DNA of 64,000 nt from Planctomycetota bacterium (GCA_043803205.1 JAZDKG010000073.1:2129-66128); one strand, 5' to 3'; positions 1 through 8,578 are shown, counted from the stretch's first letter. The notes: generated from the letters alone by a model not told the origin. Numbers and translations are program-made.

Positions 1-338
1 AGTTTCACGTAAGCGTGGCGATTCTTGGTAACGTACATTCCTCTTCTTTTCTCTTCTCTCCAAAAGGTACTCGGATTCCTCGCTGAGTGTACACAGCGCG
101 TACACACAGTCAATGGGAAAACAGAAGAAAAGCTGTACCCGTGCTGGAAAGCCGTGGTGTGTTGAAATAACTTCTTTCCTTGTAATATGTTGCGCGAAGT
201 AGACGGAAGCGAGGTTTGGTTTGTCAGTGACCACCTGATCTTGGGCGACGACGGGGGCTACAGCCGACAAGAAAAAAGAAGGCGCGGAACCTTGGCTCGG
301 CGAGGGAGTTTATTCCATCAGAAGGAAAGGGAACCCCG

Positions 339-839
339 ATGAGGTGCAGGAAGTTTCAAAGGAACCTTTGGGCGTATCTGGACGGGGAGGCGCCCGAGAG
401 GCTCCGGCTGCTCATGGAGGAGCATGTCGCAACATGCGCGTCGTGCCGGCGGGAGGTCGAGCTTGCGCGAAAGGCCGACGGGCTTCTGGGGGCGATGGAG
501 GCGCCGGCTCCTTCGGACGGGTTCGTGCGCGACGTAATGAGGAAGATCGCGCGGGAGCCGAAGGCGCGCGAGCGGGTCAGTTGGGTTGTGCCCGTGAGCC
601 GAAGGGCACTGGCGTTGGCGACGGCGGCCGCGCTCGTGATCGCGGTCGTGACCTTCTATCTCGCCGGGGGCCGGCGCCCGGGTGCGCCGCCCGCCACCAC
701 CGCCGAGATCGAGATGCTCTCGGACATGGATCTCCTCGTGAACCTCGACGTGCTGGAGCACTTCGAAGAGCTGCAGATGCTCGATGTGATCGAGGAGTTC
801 GTCGACCAGATCCCGACGACCGGCGAGGCGAACTCGTGA
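339..839 (+). CDS. Anti-sigma factor, zf-HC2 zinc-finger type, single transmembrane helix
   Basis: N-terminal HxxxCxxC motif (HVATCASCRRE) typical of the putative zinc-finger anti-sigma domain, followed by a hydrophobic helix (ALALATAAALVIAVVTFYLAG). The sequence runs RBS ggaaaggga, 7 nt, then ATG 339. The partner ECF sigma is presumably upstream, outside the window. Confidence 0.6.
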   Translation: MRCRKFQRNLWAYLDGEAPERLRLLMEEHVATCASCRREVELARKADGLLGAMEAPAPSDGFVRDVMRKIAREPKARERVSWVVPVSRRALALATAAALVIAVVTFYLAGGRRPGAPPATTAEIEMLSDMDLLVNLDVLEHFEELQMLDVIEEFVDQIPTTGEANS

Positions 840-880
840 TGGGAATCAGGGAGTCAATCCACAGGGAAAGGAGATCACCG

Positions 881-2182
881 ATGAAGGCGACGAAGGTTCT
901 AACAGCAGCGCTCGTGGGGGCGGCGCTCCTCTTCTTCTCCATGCAGGCGTTCGGCGCGGAGGAGCCGGAGCAGGACGCGCTGGCAAAGCGATTCGCGGAA
1001 CTGGACAAGAACAAGGACGGCAAGGTGTCGCTCGACGAGTTTCGAGCGGCGCACCAGAAAGCCGCGCGGCCCGAGGCGGGGCAGCTAGGCGGAAAGCTTC
1101 GAGAGACCTTGCAGAAGCTCCAGGGGATGACCCCCGAGGAGCGCAAGCAGTTTGTGCAGAACCTCTCTCCCGAGGAGCGACGTCAGCTCCAGGAGATGCG
1201 CCAGGGCAGGGGGGCTCAGGGCAAGCAGGGAGGCGGGGAGGCCCGTCCGCAAGAGGGGCAGATGCTTGAGAGGCTCAAGGCAATGAGCCCGGAGGAGCGG
1301 CGGGCGTGGTGGCAGAATCTTCCCGAGGAGCAGCGGGATCGGCTCCGGGAGCGCCTGCGCGATGCCTTCGGGGGCGGTCAGGGCGTCCCGCAGTCGTCCG
1401 ATCAGGGCAGACGCCTTGGGGAGGGACCGGCCCTTCGACAAGGCTCAGGGCAGGCCCTTCGACCGGGCTCAGGGCGGGGCGCACAGGGGGGAGGGCGCCA
1501 GGACACATTCGCGATGCCACAGAACAGGCGACAGATGATGGAGCGGGGTGGCCCCGGACAGAGCGCTCAGGGGATGGGTCAGCCCTTTGGGGGACCCCAG
1601 GGCAGGCCCTTCGTCTCGCAGTCGCGGGATCAGGGCAGGCAGGACGGCGGCCGGATCATCGAAAGGCTCCAGCAGATGAGCCCCGAGGAGCGCCGGGAGT
1701 TGTGGCAGAGCCTCCCCGAGGAGCGTCGGGCGCAGATCCGGGAACGACTGCGCGAATGGCTTGGCGAGGGACCGGCCCTTCGACAAGGCTCAGGGCAGGC
1801 CCTTCGGCCGGGCTCAGGGCAGGGTCAGCAGATGAGGGGCCGCCCGGACGCGTTCGGGAGTCCGCGCGATAGACGTGGGATGACGGAGGGGGGACGTCCC
1901 GGTTTCGAGGGCGGGCCCGGCTCGGGGCGGGGCACAGAATGGTATGGCGGCGGACGGCCTCGGCCGCAGTGGATGGACCGGCCCTTCGGCGGACCTCAGG
2001 GTAACCCCTCCGTGGGACCTCAGGGGAGGCCTTATGGCGGCCAGGAGTTCGGCGGCCGGAGCAATTGGCAGGATGTCCCACGCCGGAACGCGCGTCTCCC
2101 GCGTCTGCGGGATGATCAGGGTGCCGTGACGGACCGGGACGTGGTCGAGAACTTGGATCTGCTTGAGGATCTGGACTTCTAG
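881..2182 (+). CDS. Secreted EF-hand / DUF3106-like repeat protein with Gly/Gln/Arg-rich low-complexity repeats
   Basis: Strong RBS aaaggaga before ATG 881. Signal peptide MKATKVLTAALVGAALLFFSMQAFGAEEP. Canonical 12-residue EF-hand loop DKNKDGKVSLDE (nt 1004-1039). Repeated (M/L)SPEERR..W(Q/W)NL motifs typical of DUF3106 periplasmic proteins. Two near-identical ~55-bp direct repeats encode GEGPALRQGSGQALRPGSG. The longer ORF from 344 in the track overlaps the anti-sigma gene in another frame and is rejected. Confidence 0.6.
   Translation: MKATKVLTAALVGAALLFFSMQAFGAEEPEQDALAKRFAELDKNKDGKVSLDEFRAAHQKAARPEAGQLGGKLRETLQKLQGMTPEERKQFVQNLSPEERRQLQEMRQGRGAQGKQGGGEARPQEGQMLERLKAMSPEERRAWWQNLPEEQRDRLRERLRDAFGGGQGVPQSSDQGRRLGEGPALRQGSGQALRPGSGRGAQGGGRQDTFAMPQNRRQMMERGGPGQSAQGMGQPFGGPQGRPFVSQSRDQGRQDGGRIIERLQQMSPEERRELWQSLPEERRAQIRERLREWLGEGPALRQGSGQALRPGSGQGQQMRGRPDAFGSPRDRRGMTEGGRPGFEGGPGSGRGTEWYGGGRPRPQWMDRPFGGPQGNPSVGPQGRPYGGQEFGGRSNWQDVPRRNARLPRLRDDQGAVTDRDVVENLDLLEDLDF
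1424..1477 (+). repeat. Intragenic direct repeat, copy 1 (cccttcgacaaggctcagggcaggcccttcgaccgggctcagggc)
   Basis: Near-identical copy at 1769-1822. Related sequence also occurs in the intergenic block 7872-7942. Confidence 0.7.
1769..1822 (+). repeat. Intragenic direct repeat, copy 2
   Basis: About 52 of 54 nt identical to 1424-1477. Confidence 0.7.
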
Positions 2183-2193
2183 AAAGACGGGCG

Positions 2194-2832
2194 ATGAAGC
2201 GACGGGTGTGGGTAAGCATTGCGGTTCTTGCGCTGATCCTCCTTCCAGCGGGTGGGGGCGCTGGCGCCGAAAGCGCCGGCGCCCGCAGCCCCGAAGAGCT
2301 GGCGCAAGCGAGCAGGAGATGGGAGTCGCTCTCGGAGGCCCAGAGACAGGCCATCCGCGAGCGCTACGAAGCGTGGCAAAGGCTTTCGCCCGAGGAGCGG
2401 CAACGGATTCGGAAGAATTTCGAGCGCTGGCAGACGATGGGGGAGAGGGAGAAGGGGGAACTCAAGCGGGAGTGGGAGAGACTTCAGGAACTGTCGGGGG
2501 AGCGCCATCGCGAGATCATGAGGCGGATCGCGATTTTAAGACAGATGCCGCCGGCGAAACGGGCGCTCGTATACCGGTTTCTGGAGAGACTTAGGGAGCT
2601 TGGGCCCGAAAGGGTCAAGGCGATCCGGGCGCTGCCCCGGGAAGAGCGCAGGCGGGTGCTGACGCGGATCCTGGAGGAGGTGAGGCGGGAGATGCGCGCT
2701 GGCGCTCCCGGAGGGGGTCCGATGGATATGCGGCCTCGTTCCCGTCCCGCCGACGAGGGCGTCAGGCGGGGGGGACCGACGGAGGGGCCGGCCAGACCGA
2801 TGAGGCGGGGGGCTCCTGCGGAAATCCCTTGA
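2194..2832 (+). CDS. DUF3106-like periplasmic protein
   Basis: Signal-peptide-like N-terminus (MKRRVWVSIAVLALILLPAGG). Repeated W..LSPEE.QR motifs (RRWESLSEAQRQAIRERYEAWQRLSPEERQRIRKNFERWQ). This family is commonly encoded next to ECF sigma / anti-sigma pairs. Confidence 0.55.
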   Translation: MKRRVWVSIAVLALILLPAGGGAGAESAGARSPEELAQASRRWESLSEAQRQAIRERYEAWQRLSPEERQRIRKNFERWQTMGEREKGELKREWERLQELSGERHREIMRRIAILRQMPPAKRALVYRFLERLRELGPERVKAIRALPREERRRVLTRILEEVRREMRAGAPGGGPMDMRPRSRPADEGVRRGGPTEGPARPMRRGAPAEIP

Positions 2833-2891
2833 GTTCACGATCTTGAGCGTTAGACTGGGCGCCCCCATTGACTATGCGTAGGGTGCGCTAG

Positions 2892-3623
2892 ATGATCGTG
2901 ACCATTGACGGGCCGGCAGGGAGCGGCAAGAGCACGGCTGCGCGGAAGCTTTCCGAGCGCCTGGGGTTCCGATATCTTGAAACAGGGGCGATCTACCGGG
3001 CGCTCACACTGTGCGCTTTGCGGGCCAAAGCAGATCTTGAGAATGGGCCGGTACTTGCGGAGCTTTTCCGTCGAAACTCCGTGGAGCCGGTATGGGCACA
3101 GGAGGGGATCCGGGTGTTCCTTAACGGAGAAGACGTCTCTGCCGAGATTCGCACGAGGAAGATCACGGAGAGGGTCAAGAGCGTGGCCCGACACGCGGAG
3201 GTGCGCCGGCAAGTCAACGAGCTTACGCGGGGGTTGGCGAAAGGGAGATCGGCGATATCCGAGGGGCGCGACCAGGGGACGGTCGTCTTTCCGGATGCCG
3301 ACGTGAAGTTTTATCTCGATGCCAAGCTTGATGTTAGGGCAAGAAGGCGTTACGAGGAGCTAGTGGCCGCCGGCGAGAGGGCGACGCTGGAGGAGGTGCG
3401 GCGGGAGCTTGAGCAAAGGGATGAGAGCGATCTCTTTAGGAAAGTTGCGCCGCTCAGGCAGGCCCCGGATGCGGTGCGGGTGGACTCATCCGAGCTGACC
3501 GTCGAAGAGATGGTGGGAGAACTGGAGCGGGTGGTCATGGAGAGGAAGTCGAACGGTTCGTCCCGCAGCGGCGGTATCACCGCAGGCGGTTCGACAGGCC
3601 TCACCGCAGGGGGGGGAACATAA
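2892..3623 (+). CDS. cmk: Cytidylate kinase
   Basis: N-terminal IDGPAGSGKST P-loop and the overall Cmk pattern (GAIYRA, LDVRARRRYEEL). Confidence 0.9.
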   Translation: MIVTIDGPAGSGKSTAARKLSERLGFRYLETGAIYRALTLCALRAKADLENGPVLAELFRRNSVEPVWAQEGIRVFLNGEDVSAEIRTRKITERVKSVARHAEVRRQVNELTRGLAKGRSAISEGRDQGTVVFPDADVKFYLDAKLDVRARRRYEELVAAGERATLEEVRRELEQRDESDLFRKVAPLRQAPDAVRVDSSELTVEEMVGELERVVMERKSNGSSRSGGITAGGSTGLTAGGGT

Positions 3624-3627
3624 GGAC

Positions 3628-4257
3628 GTGCTGCATCGGACATGGTACCTTTTCGCACAATGGATCTGTCAGGTCGGCTGTTCGCTGGCGTTCGGGCTGC
3701 GGGTAGTGGGGCGGAGAAACATCCCGGCGACGGGGTCCGTGCTTATAGTCAGCAACCATCAGAGCTTTCTCGACCCGGTGCTGGTGGGGGTGGGGCTGTC
3801 GAGGGAGGTCCACCACCTTGCGAGGGAGACGCTCTTCAAGAACAGGCTCTTCCGCGGGCTCATCGTGTCGCTCAACGCGGTGGCGGTGCGGCGGGGGGAG
3901 GCGGACGTCGAAGGGGTCCGCCGGGCGATCAGGGTCTTGAAAAACGGGAAGATGCTGCTAATCTTTCCGGAAGGAACGCGCACGAGAGACGGTGGGCTCC
4001 AGCGCATCCGGCCCGGTTGGACGGCGCTCGCGGCAAGGAGCGGCGCCACGGTGGTCCCGGCCGTGATCGAAGGCGCACACAGCGCATGGCCACGGACGCG
4101 GCAGTTCCCGCGGTGTCGGCGGATCGCGGTCGCGTTCGGCGAGGGGTTTCGTGTCGAGGAAAGGGGGCGGGGGGAAGCGCGCCGCGCGAGCGAGCGTCTG
4201 GAGAGCGAATGGAGACGGCTGCGAGAAAATCTGCGGAAGCTCTTGGAGACGAGGTGA
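3628..4257 (+). CDS. plsC: 1-acyl-sn-glycerol-3-phosphate acyltransferase
   Basis: HxxxxD acyltransferase motif (NHQSFLDP) and FPEGTR motif. The stop overlaps the ispH GTG start (GTGA). Confidence 0.85.
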   Translation: MLHRTWYLFAQWICQVGCSLAFGLRVVGRRNIPATGSVLIVSNHQSFLDPVLVGVGLSREVHHLARETLFKNRLFRGLIVSLNAVAVRRGEADVEGVRRAIRVLKNGKMLLIFPEGTRTRDGGLQRIRPGWTALAARSGATVVPAVIEGAHSAWPRTRQFPRCRRIAVAFGEGFRVEERGRGEARRASERLESEWRRLRENLRKLLETR

Positions 4258-5117
4258 CGATCGAGGTGGCCAGTCCGTACGGGTTCTGTTTCGGCGTGCG
4301 ACGGGCGGTCGAGGTCGCGGAGGAGGCGGCGCGCACGCACGGGAACGTGACGACGCTGGGGCCGATCATCCACAACCCGCAGGAGGTGGGACGACTCGCC
4401 GCGGAGGGGATCCGGCCCGTGGAGAGCGCGGAGGGGGTGGTCGGGAGCGTGGTGGTGATCCGGTCGCACGGGGCGACGCGGGAAGAGATGGAGAAGCTGG
4501 AAGGGCTGGGGGTGCGGATCATCGACGCGACGTGTCCGCTGGTGGAGCGGGTGCAGGAGCACGCGGCGCGGCTTGCGCGGGAGGGGTACCAGGTGCTGCT
4601 TCTGGGGGAGGCCAGGCACCCGGAGGTGAAGGCGATTCTGTCGCACGCGCCGGGGGCGGCGTTGGTGCAGTCGCCGGGGGAGGTGGAGGGGATGGAACTG
4701 GGACAGCGGGTGGGGATCGTGTCGCAGACGACGCAGTCGCCGGAGGCGCTGAGTAGGCTCGTCTACGAGGTGGCGCGGAAGGGCGTGCGGGAGATGGTGG
4801 TGTATAATACGATCTGCTCGGCGACGGCGGACCGGCAGGCGGCGGCGGCGGAGCTCGCCGGGCGGGTGGAGTGCATGTTCGTGCTGGGAGGGAAGAACAG
4901 CGCGAACTCGCGGAGACTGGCGGAGATCTGTCGGCGGAGGAACGGACGGACGTTCCACGTCGAGACGCACCGGGAGCTGGAGAGGGAGATGTACGCGGGG
5001 GCGGGAAGAATCGGCGTGGCGGCGGGGACCAGCACGCCGGACTGGATCGTGAGTGAGTTCGTCCGGGAACTCGGACGCCTGTGCGCATCCCGGACGCAAA
5101 CCAAGGGGGACACTTAG
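4254..5117 (+). CDS. ispH: 4-hydroxy-3-methylbut-2-enyl diphosphate reductase
   Basis: Conserved IspH blocks: ASPYGFCFGVRRAV, IIHNPQ, DATCPLV, VVYNTICSATADRQ. A GTG start at 4254 is coupled to the plsC stop. An alternative ATG lies at 4209. The upstream part of the track ORF (from 3642) is a high-GC artefact overlapping plsC. Confidence 0.88.
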   Translation: MTIEVASPYGFCFGVRRAVEVAEEAARTHGNVTTLGPIIHNPQEVGRLAAEGIRPVESAEGVVGSVVVIRSHGATREEMEKLEGLGVRIIDATCPLVERVQEHAARLAREGYQVLLLGEARHPEVKAILSHAPGAALVQSPGEVEGMELGQRVGIVSQTTQSPEALSRLVYEVARKGVREMVVYNTICSATADRQAAAAELAGRVECMFVLGGKNSANSRRLAEICRRRNGRTFHVETHRELEREMYAGAGRIGVAAGTSTPDWIVSEFVRELGRLCASRTQTKGDT

Positions 5118-5186
5118 GAGAAGTTGTCGCGCCGACCGGGTTTCCCCCTCCCGGGCGAAGCGACGAAACGTAAGGGACCTTTATTC

Positions 5187-6917
5187 ATGGCCAAGGCAAG
5201 CGAGGAGATGAAGCGGCTTTCGATCGGCAAGGAAGACCTGGACAGGGAAGTGACGGAGGCGATGCGGGACCTCGGCGGCCCGATCGAGCTCCTGTACGAG
5301 AACTCGATCAAGAACTTCGAGGTGGGATCGGTCCTCAAGGGGAGAATCGTCCGGACGATCGGGGAGGACGTGCTCGTGGACGTGGGGTACAAGTCGGAGG
5401 GGGTGGTGGCGAAACGCGAGTTCAGGCGGGAAGACGAGATCCTGCCGGGTAAAGAGGTGGAGGTGCTGCTGGAGAGCGTGGAGGACGAGGAAGGGGTGAT
5501 GGTGCTCTCCAAGCGGAAGGCGGACCGGATCCGCGGATGGGAGCGCGTCATCGAGACGCACCGGGAGGGGGACGTGGTGACGGGGACGGTGACGAGGAAG
5601 ATCAAGGGCGGGCTTCTCGTGGACATCGGGGTGCCGGTGTTCCTGCCCGCCAGCCAAGTGAACATCCGCCGGCCCGGAGACATCGCGGAGTACATCGGGC
5701 GGGAGATCCAGGCGAAGATCCTCAAGATCGACGAGGCGAAGCGAAACATCGTGATCTCGCGAAGGAAGCTCATCGAGGAGGAGCGCGAGAAGCTCAAGAG
5801 GAAGCTGATGCAGGAGCTGGCGGTCGGGCAGGTCCGCAAGGGGGTGGTGAAGAACATCGCGGACTTCGGCGCGTTCGTGGACCTCGGAGGGATCGACGGC
5901 TTGCTCCACATCACGGACATGTCTTGGGGGAGGGTGTCGCACCCGAGCGAGGTCGTGAAGATCGACGAAGAGATCGAGGTGATGATCATCGGGATCGACC
6001 GGGAGCGGGAGAAGGTGGCGCTGGGCCTCAAGCAGAGGCTCCCGAGCCCGTGGGCGGGGGTGGAGGAGCGCTATCCCGTCGGGAGTCGGCACGTGGGGAA
6101 GGTGGTGAACATCGTGTCGTACGGGGCGTTCGTGAAGCTTGAGGACGGGGTCGAGGGGCTGGTGCACATAAGCGAGATGAGCTGGACGAGGCGGCTCAAC
6201 CACCCGAGCGAGATGATGGCGATCGGCGACGACGTGGAGGTGGTGGTGCTGGCGATCAATCGGGACAAGCAGGAGATCTCCCTCGGTATGAAGCAGACGG
6301 AGGTGAACCCCTGGATGCTCGTGGAGGAGAGGTACCCGCCCGGGACGGTGATCGAGGGGAAAGTGCGGAACCTGACGAACTATGGCGCGTTCGTGGAGAT
6401 CGAGGAGGGGATCGACGGGTTGTTGCACGTGAGCGACGTCTCCTGGACGAAGAAGGTGAACCATCCCAGCGAGGCGCTGCAGAAAGGGGATACCGTGCGG
6501 GCAGTCGTGCTCGCGGTGGACCAGGAGAAGAAGCGGGTGTCGCTGGGCATGCGGCAGCTCAAGGAGGACCCGTGGCTGCATGACATCCCCTCGCGCTACC
6601 AGCCGGGGGACGTCGTGAAGGGGAAGGTGACGAAGGTCACGAACTTCGGGGTGTTCGTCGAGATCGAGCCGGAGCTCGAGGGACTGCTCCACATCAGCGA
6701 GCTTGCGGACCGAAAGGTGGAGGACCCGCAGGAGGTCGTGAAGATCGGCGATGAGGTGGAGGTGCGGGTGCTGCGTGTGGATATCGAGGAGCGCAAGATC
6801 GGCCTCTCCCTGCGACCGGCTGGGGAAGAGGGCGCGCCGCCGACCGAGACGGCCGAGGCGGACGCGGCTGAGGAAGACGTCGAAGACGCGGAGGAGGAAA
6901 CCGAAGAAGAAGAGTAG
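5187..6917 (+). CDS. rpsA: 30S ribosomal protein S1
   Basis: Six tandem S1 domains (repeated GxV..I..FGAFV....G..GL.H.S blocks). Acidic C-terminal tail. Conserved cmk/ispH-rpsA neighbourhood. Confidence 0.9.
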   Translation: MAKASEEMKRLSIGKEDLDREVTEAMRDLGGPIELLYENSIKNFEVGSVLKGRIVRTIGEDVLVDVGYKSEGVVAKREFRREDEILPGKEVEVLLESVEDEEGVMVLSKRKADRIRGWERVIETHREGDVVTGTVTRKIKGGLLVDIGVPVFLPASQVNIRRPGDIAEYIGREIQAKILKIDEAKRNIVISRRKLIEEEREKLKRKLMQELAVGQVRKGVVKNIADFGAFVDLGGIDGLLHITDMSWGRVSHPSEVVKIDEEIEVMIIGIDREREKVALGLKQRLPSPWAGVEERYPVGSRHVGKVVNIVSYGAFVKLEDGVEGLVHISEMSWTRRLNHPSEMMAIGDDVEVVVLAINRDKQEISLGMKQTEVNPWMLVEERYPPGTVIEGKVRNLTNYGAFVEIEEGIDGLLHVSDVSWTKKVNHPSEALQKGDTVRAVVLAVDQEKKRVSLGMRQLKEDPWLHDIPSRYQPGDVVKGKVTKVTNFGVFVEIEPELEGLLHISELADRKVEDPQEVVKIGDEVEVRVLRVDIEERKIGLSLRPAGEEGAPPTETAEADAAEEDVEDAEEETEEEE

Positions 6918-6994
6918 GAGCCCAGGACGGAGCCGCGCCCGCCGTTTACGGTGAACCGTGCGGCGGCCCCGGCGACGGCGGAGGAGGACGGGTC

Positions 6995-7867
6995 ATTTCC
7001 GACCGGGACACGATTCAGACCTATCTCCGGGAGATCAACCGGATTCCCCTCCTGAGCGCACAGGAGGAGAAGGAGCTGGCGCACCGTGTGCGGGAGGGGG
7101 ACCACGGGGCGCGCGAGCAGATGATCCAGGCGAACCTCCGCCTCGTGGTGAACATCGCCAAGGGCTACGCGCGCCGGGGGATGCCGCTGGGGGACCTCAT
7201 CGAAGAGGGGAACGTCGGGTTGCTGCGTGCGGTGCAGGGGTTCGATCCGGGGCAGGGGTTCCGGTTCTCGACCTACGCGTCCTGGTGGATCAAGCAGGCG
7301 ATCCGGCGGGCGCTCGTGTCCAAGGTGAAGACGATCCGGATCCCGGCGTACATGTCGGAGATGATCGGACGATGGCGCGCGGCGACGACGGAGCTCACCG
7401 ACCGGCTGGGGCGGGCGCCGATGGAGCGGGAAGTGGCGGAGGCGATGGAGGTGACGCCGGCGAAGCTCCGGCTCATCGTGATGGCGGCGAACTCGTTCGC
7501 GTCGGCGGACCAGCCGCTGGCGCACGATCAGTCGCTCACGATCGCCGACGTGCTGGCGGACGAGAGCATCAAGGCGCCCGAGCAGGAAGTCGCGGACAGC
7601 CTCGAGGTGGAGGGCCTGAAGGGGCTGCTGGAGCGCCTGTCGAAGCGCGAGGGGGACGTGCTCGTGATGCGCTACGGCCTCTTCGGGTGCGAGCCGATGA
7701 CGCTCAAGCAGATCGGGGAGAGGGTCAGCCTAACGCGCGAACGGGTGCGCCAGATCGAGAATCAGGCGCTGCGCAGGCTCTATGCGATGATGACGGACGA
7801 GGGGGAGCCGAAGGAGGAGAAGAAGCCGAAGAGGAAGGCGAAGGGGAAGAAGCGACGGGAGGCGTAA
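6995..7867 (+). CDS. Sigma-70 family RNA polymerase sigma factor (RpoD/RpoS-like, short form); start codon unresolved
   Basis: Regions 1.2, 2, 3 and 4 are recognisable: TIQTYLREINRIPLLSAQEE, ANLRLVVNIAKGY, GFRFSTYASWWIKQAI, LKQIGERVSLTRERVRQIENQALRRL. There is no ATG, GTG or TTG in frame between the upstream stop (6869-6871) and the conserved region 1.2 at ~7001. An ATT at 6995 is preceded by GGAGGA with a 6-nt spacer. Confidence 0.75.
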   Translation: MSDRDTIQTYLREINRIPLLSAQEEKELAHRVREGDHGAREQMIQANLRLVVNIAKGYARRGMPLGDLIEEGNVGLLRAVQGFDPGQGFRFSTYASWWIKQAIRRALVSKVKTIRIPAYMSEMIGRWRAATTELTDRLGRAPMEREVAEAMEVTPAKLRLIVMAANSFASADQPLAHDQSLTIADVLADESIKAPEQEVADSLEVEGLKGLLERLSKREGDVLVMRYGLFGCEPMTLKQIGERVSLTRERVRQIENQALRRLYAMMTDEGEPKEEKKPKRKAKGKKRREA

Positions 7868-7871
7868 GACG

Positions 7872-7942
7872 CCCCTTCGTCCCGCAGTCGCGGGATCGGC
7901 GCAGGCCCTTCGACGAGGCTCAGGGCAGGCGCTTCGGGCGGG
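7872..7942. repeat. Intergenic copy of a short hairpin-containing repeat family
   Basis: ccccttcgtcccgcagtcgcgggatcggcgcaggcccttcgacgaggctcagggcagg resembles the coding repeats at 1385-1477 and 1607-1639 and the gtcccgcagtcgcgggac hairpin inside the MITE-like element at 19437-19454. Confidence 0.6.
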
Positions 7943-7969
7943 AAAGATGGGAAGGAAAGGAGGGAGGCG

Positions 7970-8530
7970 ATGAAGAAGGTCGGCGGGCCCGCGGGTGCGG
8001 GCGGAGTCGAAAGGCTCAAGGCGCTCATCCGGGACGTGCCGGATTTCCCGAAGAAGGGGATCCTGTTCAAGGACATTACGCCTCTGGTGGGCGATCCGGA
8101 GGCGCTGCGGCGAACGGTGGAGCTTCTTGCGGAGCCGTACCGAAAAGCGGGCGTGACGGCGGTCGCCGCCGTGGAGAGCCGCGGGTTCATCTTCGGCGCG
8201 CCCGTGGCCCTGGCGCTGGGGGCGCGCTTTGTGCCGTTCCGCAAGCCGGGGAAGCTCCCCTGGCGCACGGAGCGGGCGACGTATTCCCTCGAGTACGGGA
8301 CGGACGCGGTAGAGGTGCACACGGACGCCTTCCGGAAGGGGGAGCGGGTGCTCCTCGTGGACGACCTTCTTGCGACGGGGGGGACGATGGCCGCGTGCGC
8401 GGAGTTGGTCGAGAAGCTCGGCGCGACGGTGGCGGGATGCAGCTTCGTGATCGAGCTCTCGTTTCTCAAGGGGCGGGCGAAGCTCTCGCGCCACAAGGTG
8501 AGCGCGCTCATCGACTATCCGGGGGAGTGA
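7970..8530 (+). CDS. apt: Adenine phosphoribosyltransferase
   Basis: IRDVPDFPKKGILFKDITPL, VESRGFIFGAPVA and VLLVDDLLATGGT PRPP-binding motifs. Strong RBS aggaggga. Confidence 0.9.
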   Translation: MKKVGGPAGAGGVERLKALIRDVPDFPKKGILFKDITPLVGDPEALRRTVELLAEPYRKAGVTAVAAVESRGFIFGAPVALALGARFVPFRKPGKLPWRTERATYSLEYGTDAVEVHTDAFRKGERVLLVDDLLATGGTMAACAELVEKLGATVAGCSFVIELSFLKGRAKLSRHKVSALIDYPGE

Positions 8531-8556
8531 GGGGGGACGACGGCGCGGACAGCCGT

Positions 8557-8578
8557 CGGGGGGAAACGAAGCCCCCCG
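8557..8578 (+). terminator. GC-rich hairpin downstream of apt (possible terminator, no U-tract)
   Basis: cgggggg-aaacgaag-ccccccg, a 7-bp perfect stem 27 nt after the apt stop. A second stem lies just upstream (cgacgg..ccgtcg). Confidence 0.3.

Noticed and set aside
344-880. A long alternative-frame ORF extension (track ORF 344..2182) overlapping the anti-sigma gene.
   Set aside because: It overlaps a well-supported zf-HC2 anti-sigma CDS in another frame. The real gene starts at ATG 881, behind a strong RBS and with a signal peptide. Spurious long ORFs are expected in alternative frames of 68% GC DNA.
3642-4253. An N-terminal extension of the ispH ORF overlapping plsC in another frame.
   Set aside because: It is Gly/Arg/Ala-rich junk with no family similarity. 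IspH homology begins only at ~4254.
5181-6692. A 503-aa minus-strand ORF antisense to rpsA. The same pattern was noticed at 18020..19657 (antisense to groEL2), 28409..30715, 54509..57079, 15700..17526 and 23569..25410.
   Set aside because: These are antisense to strongly supported conserved genes. They are His/Arg/Pro-rich with no recognisable motifs, typical high-GC antisense-frame artefacts.
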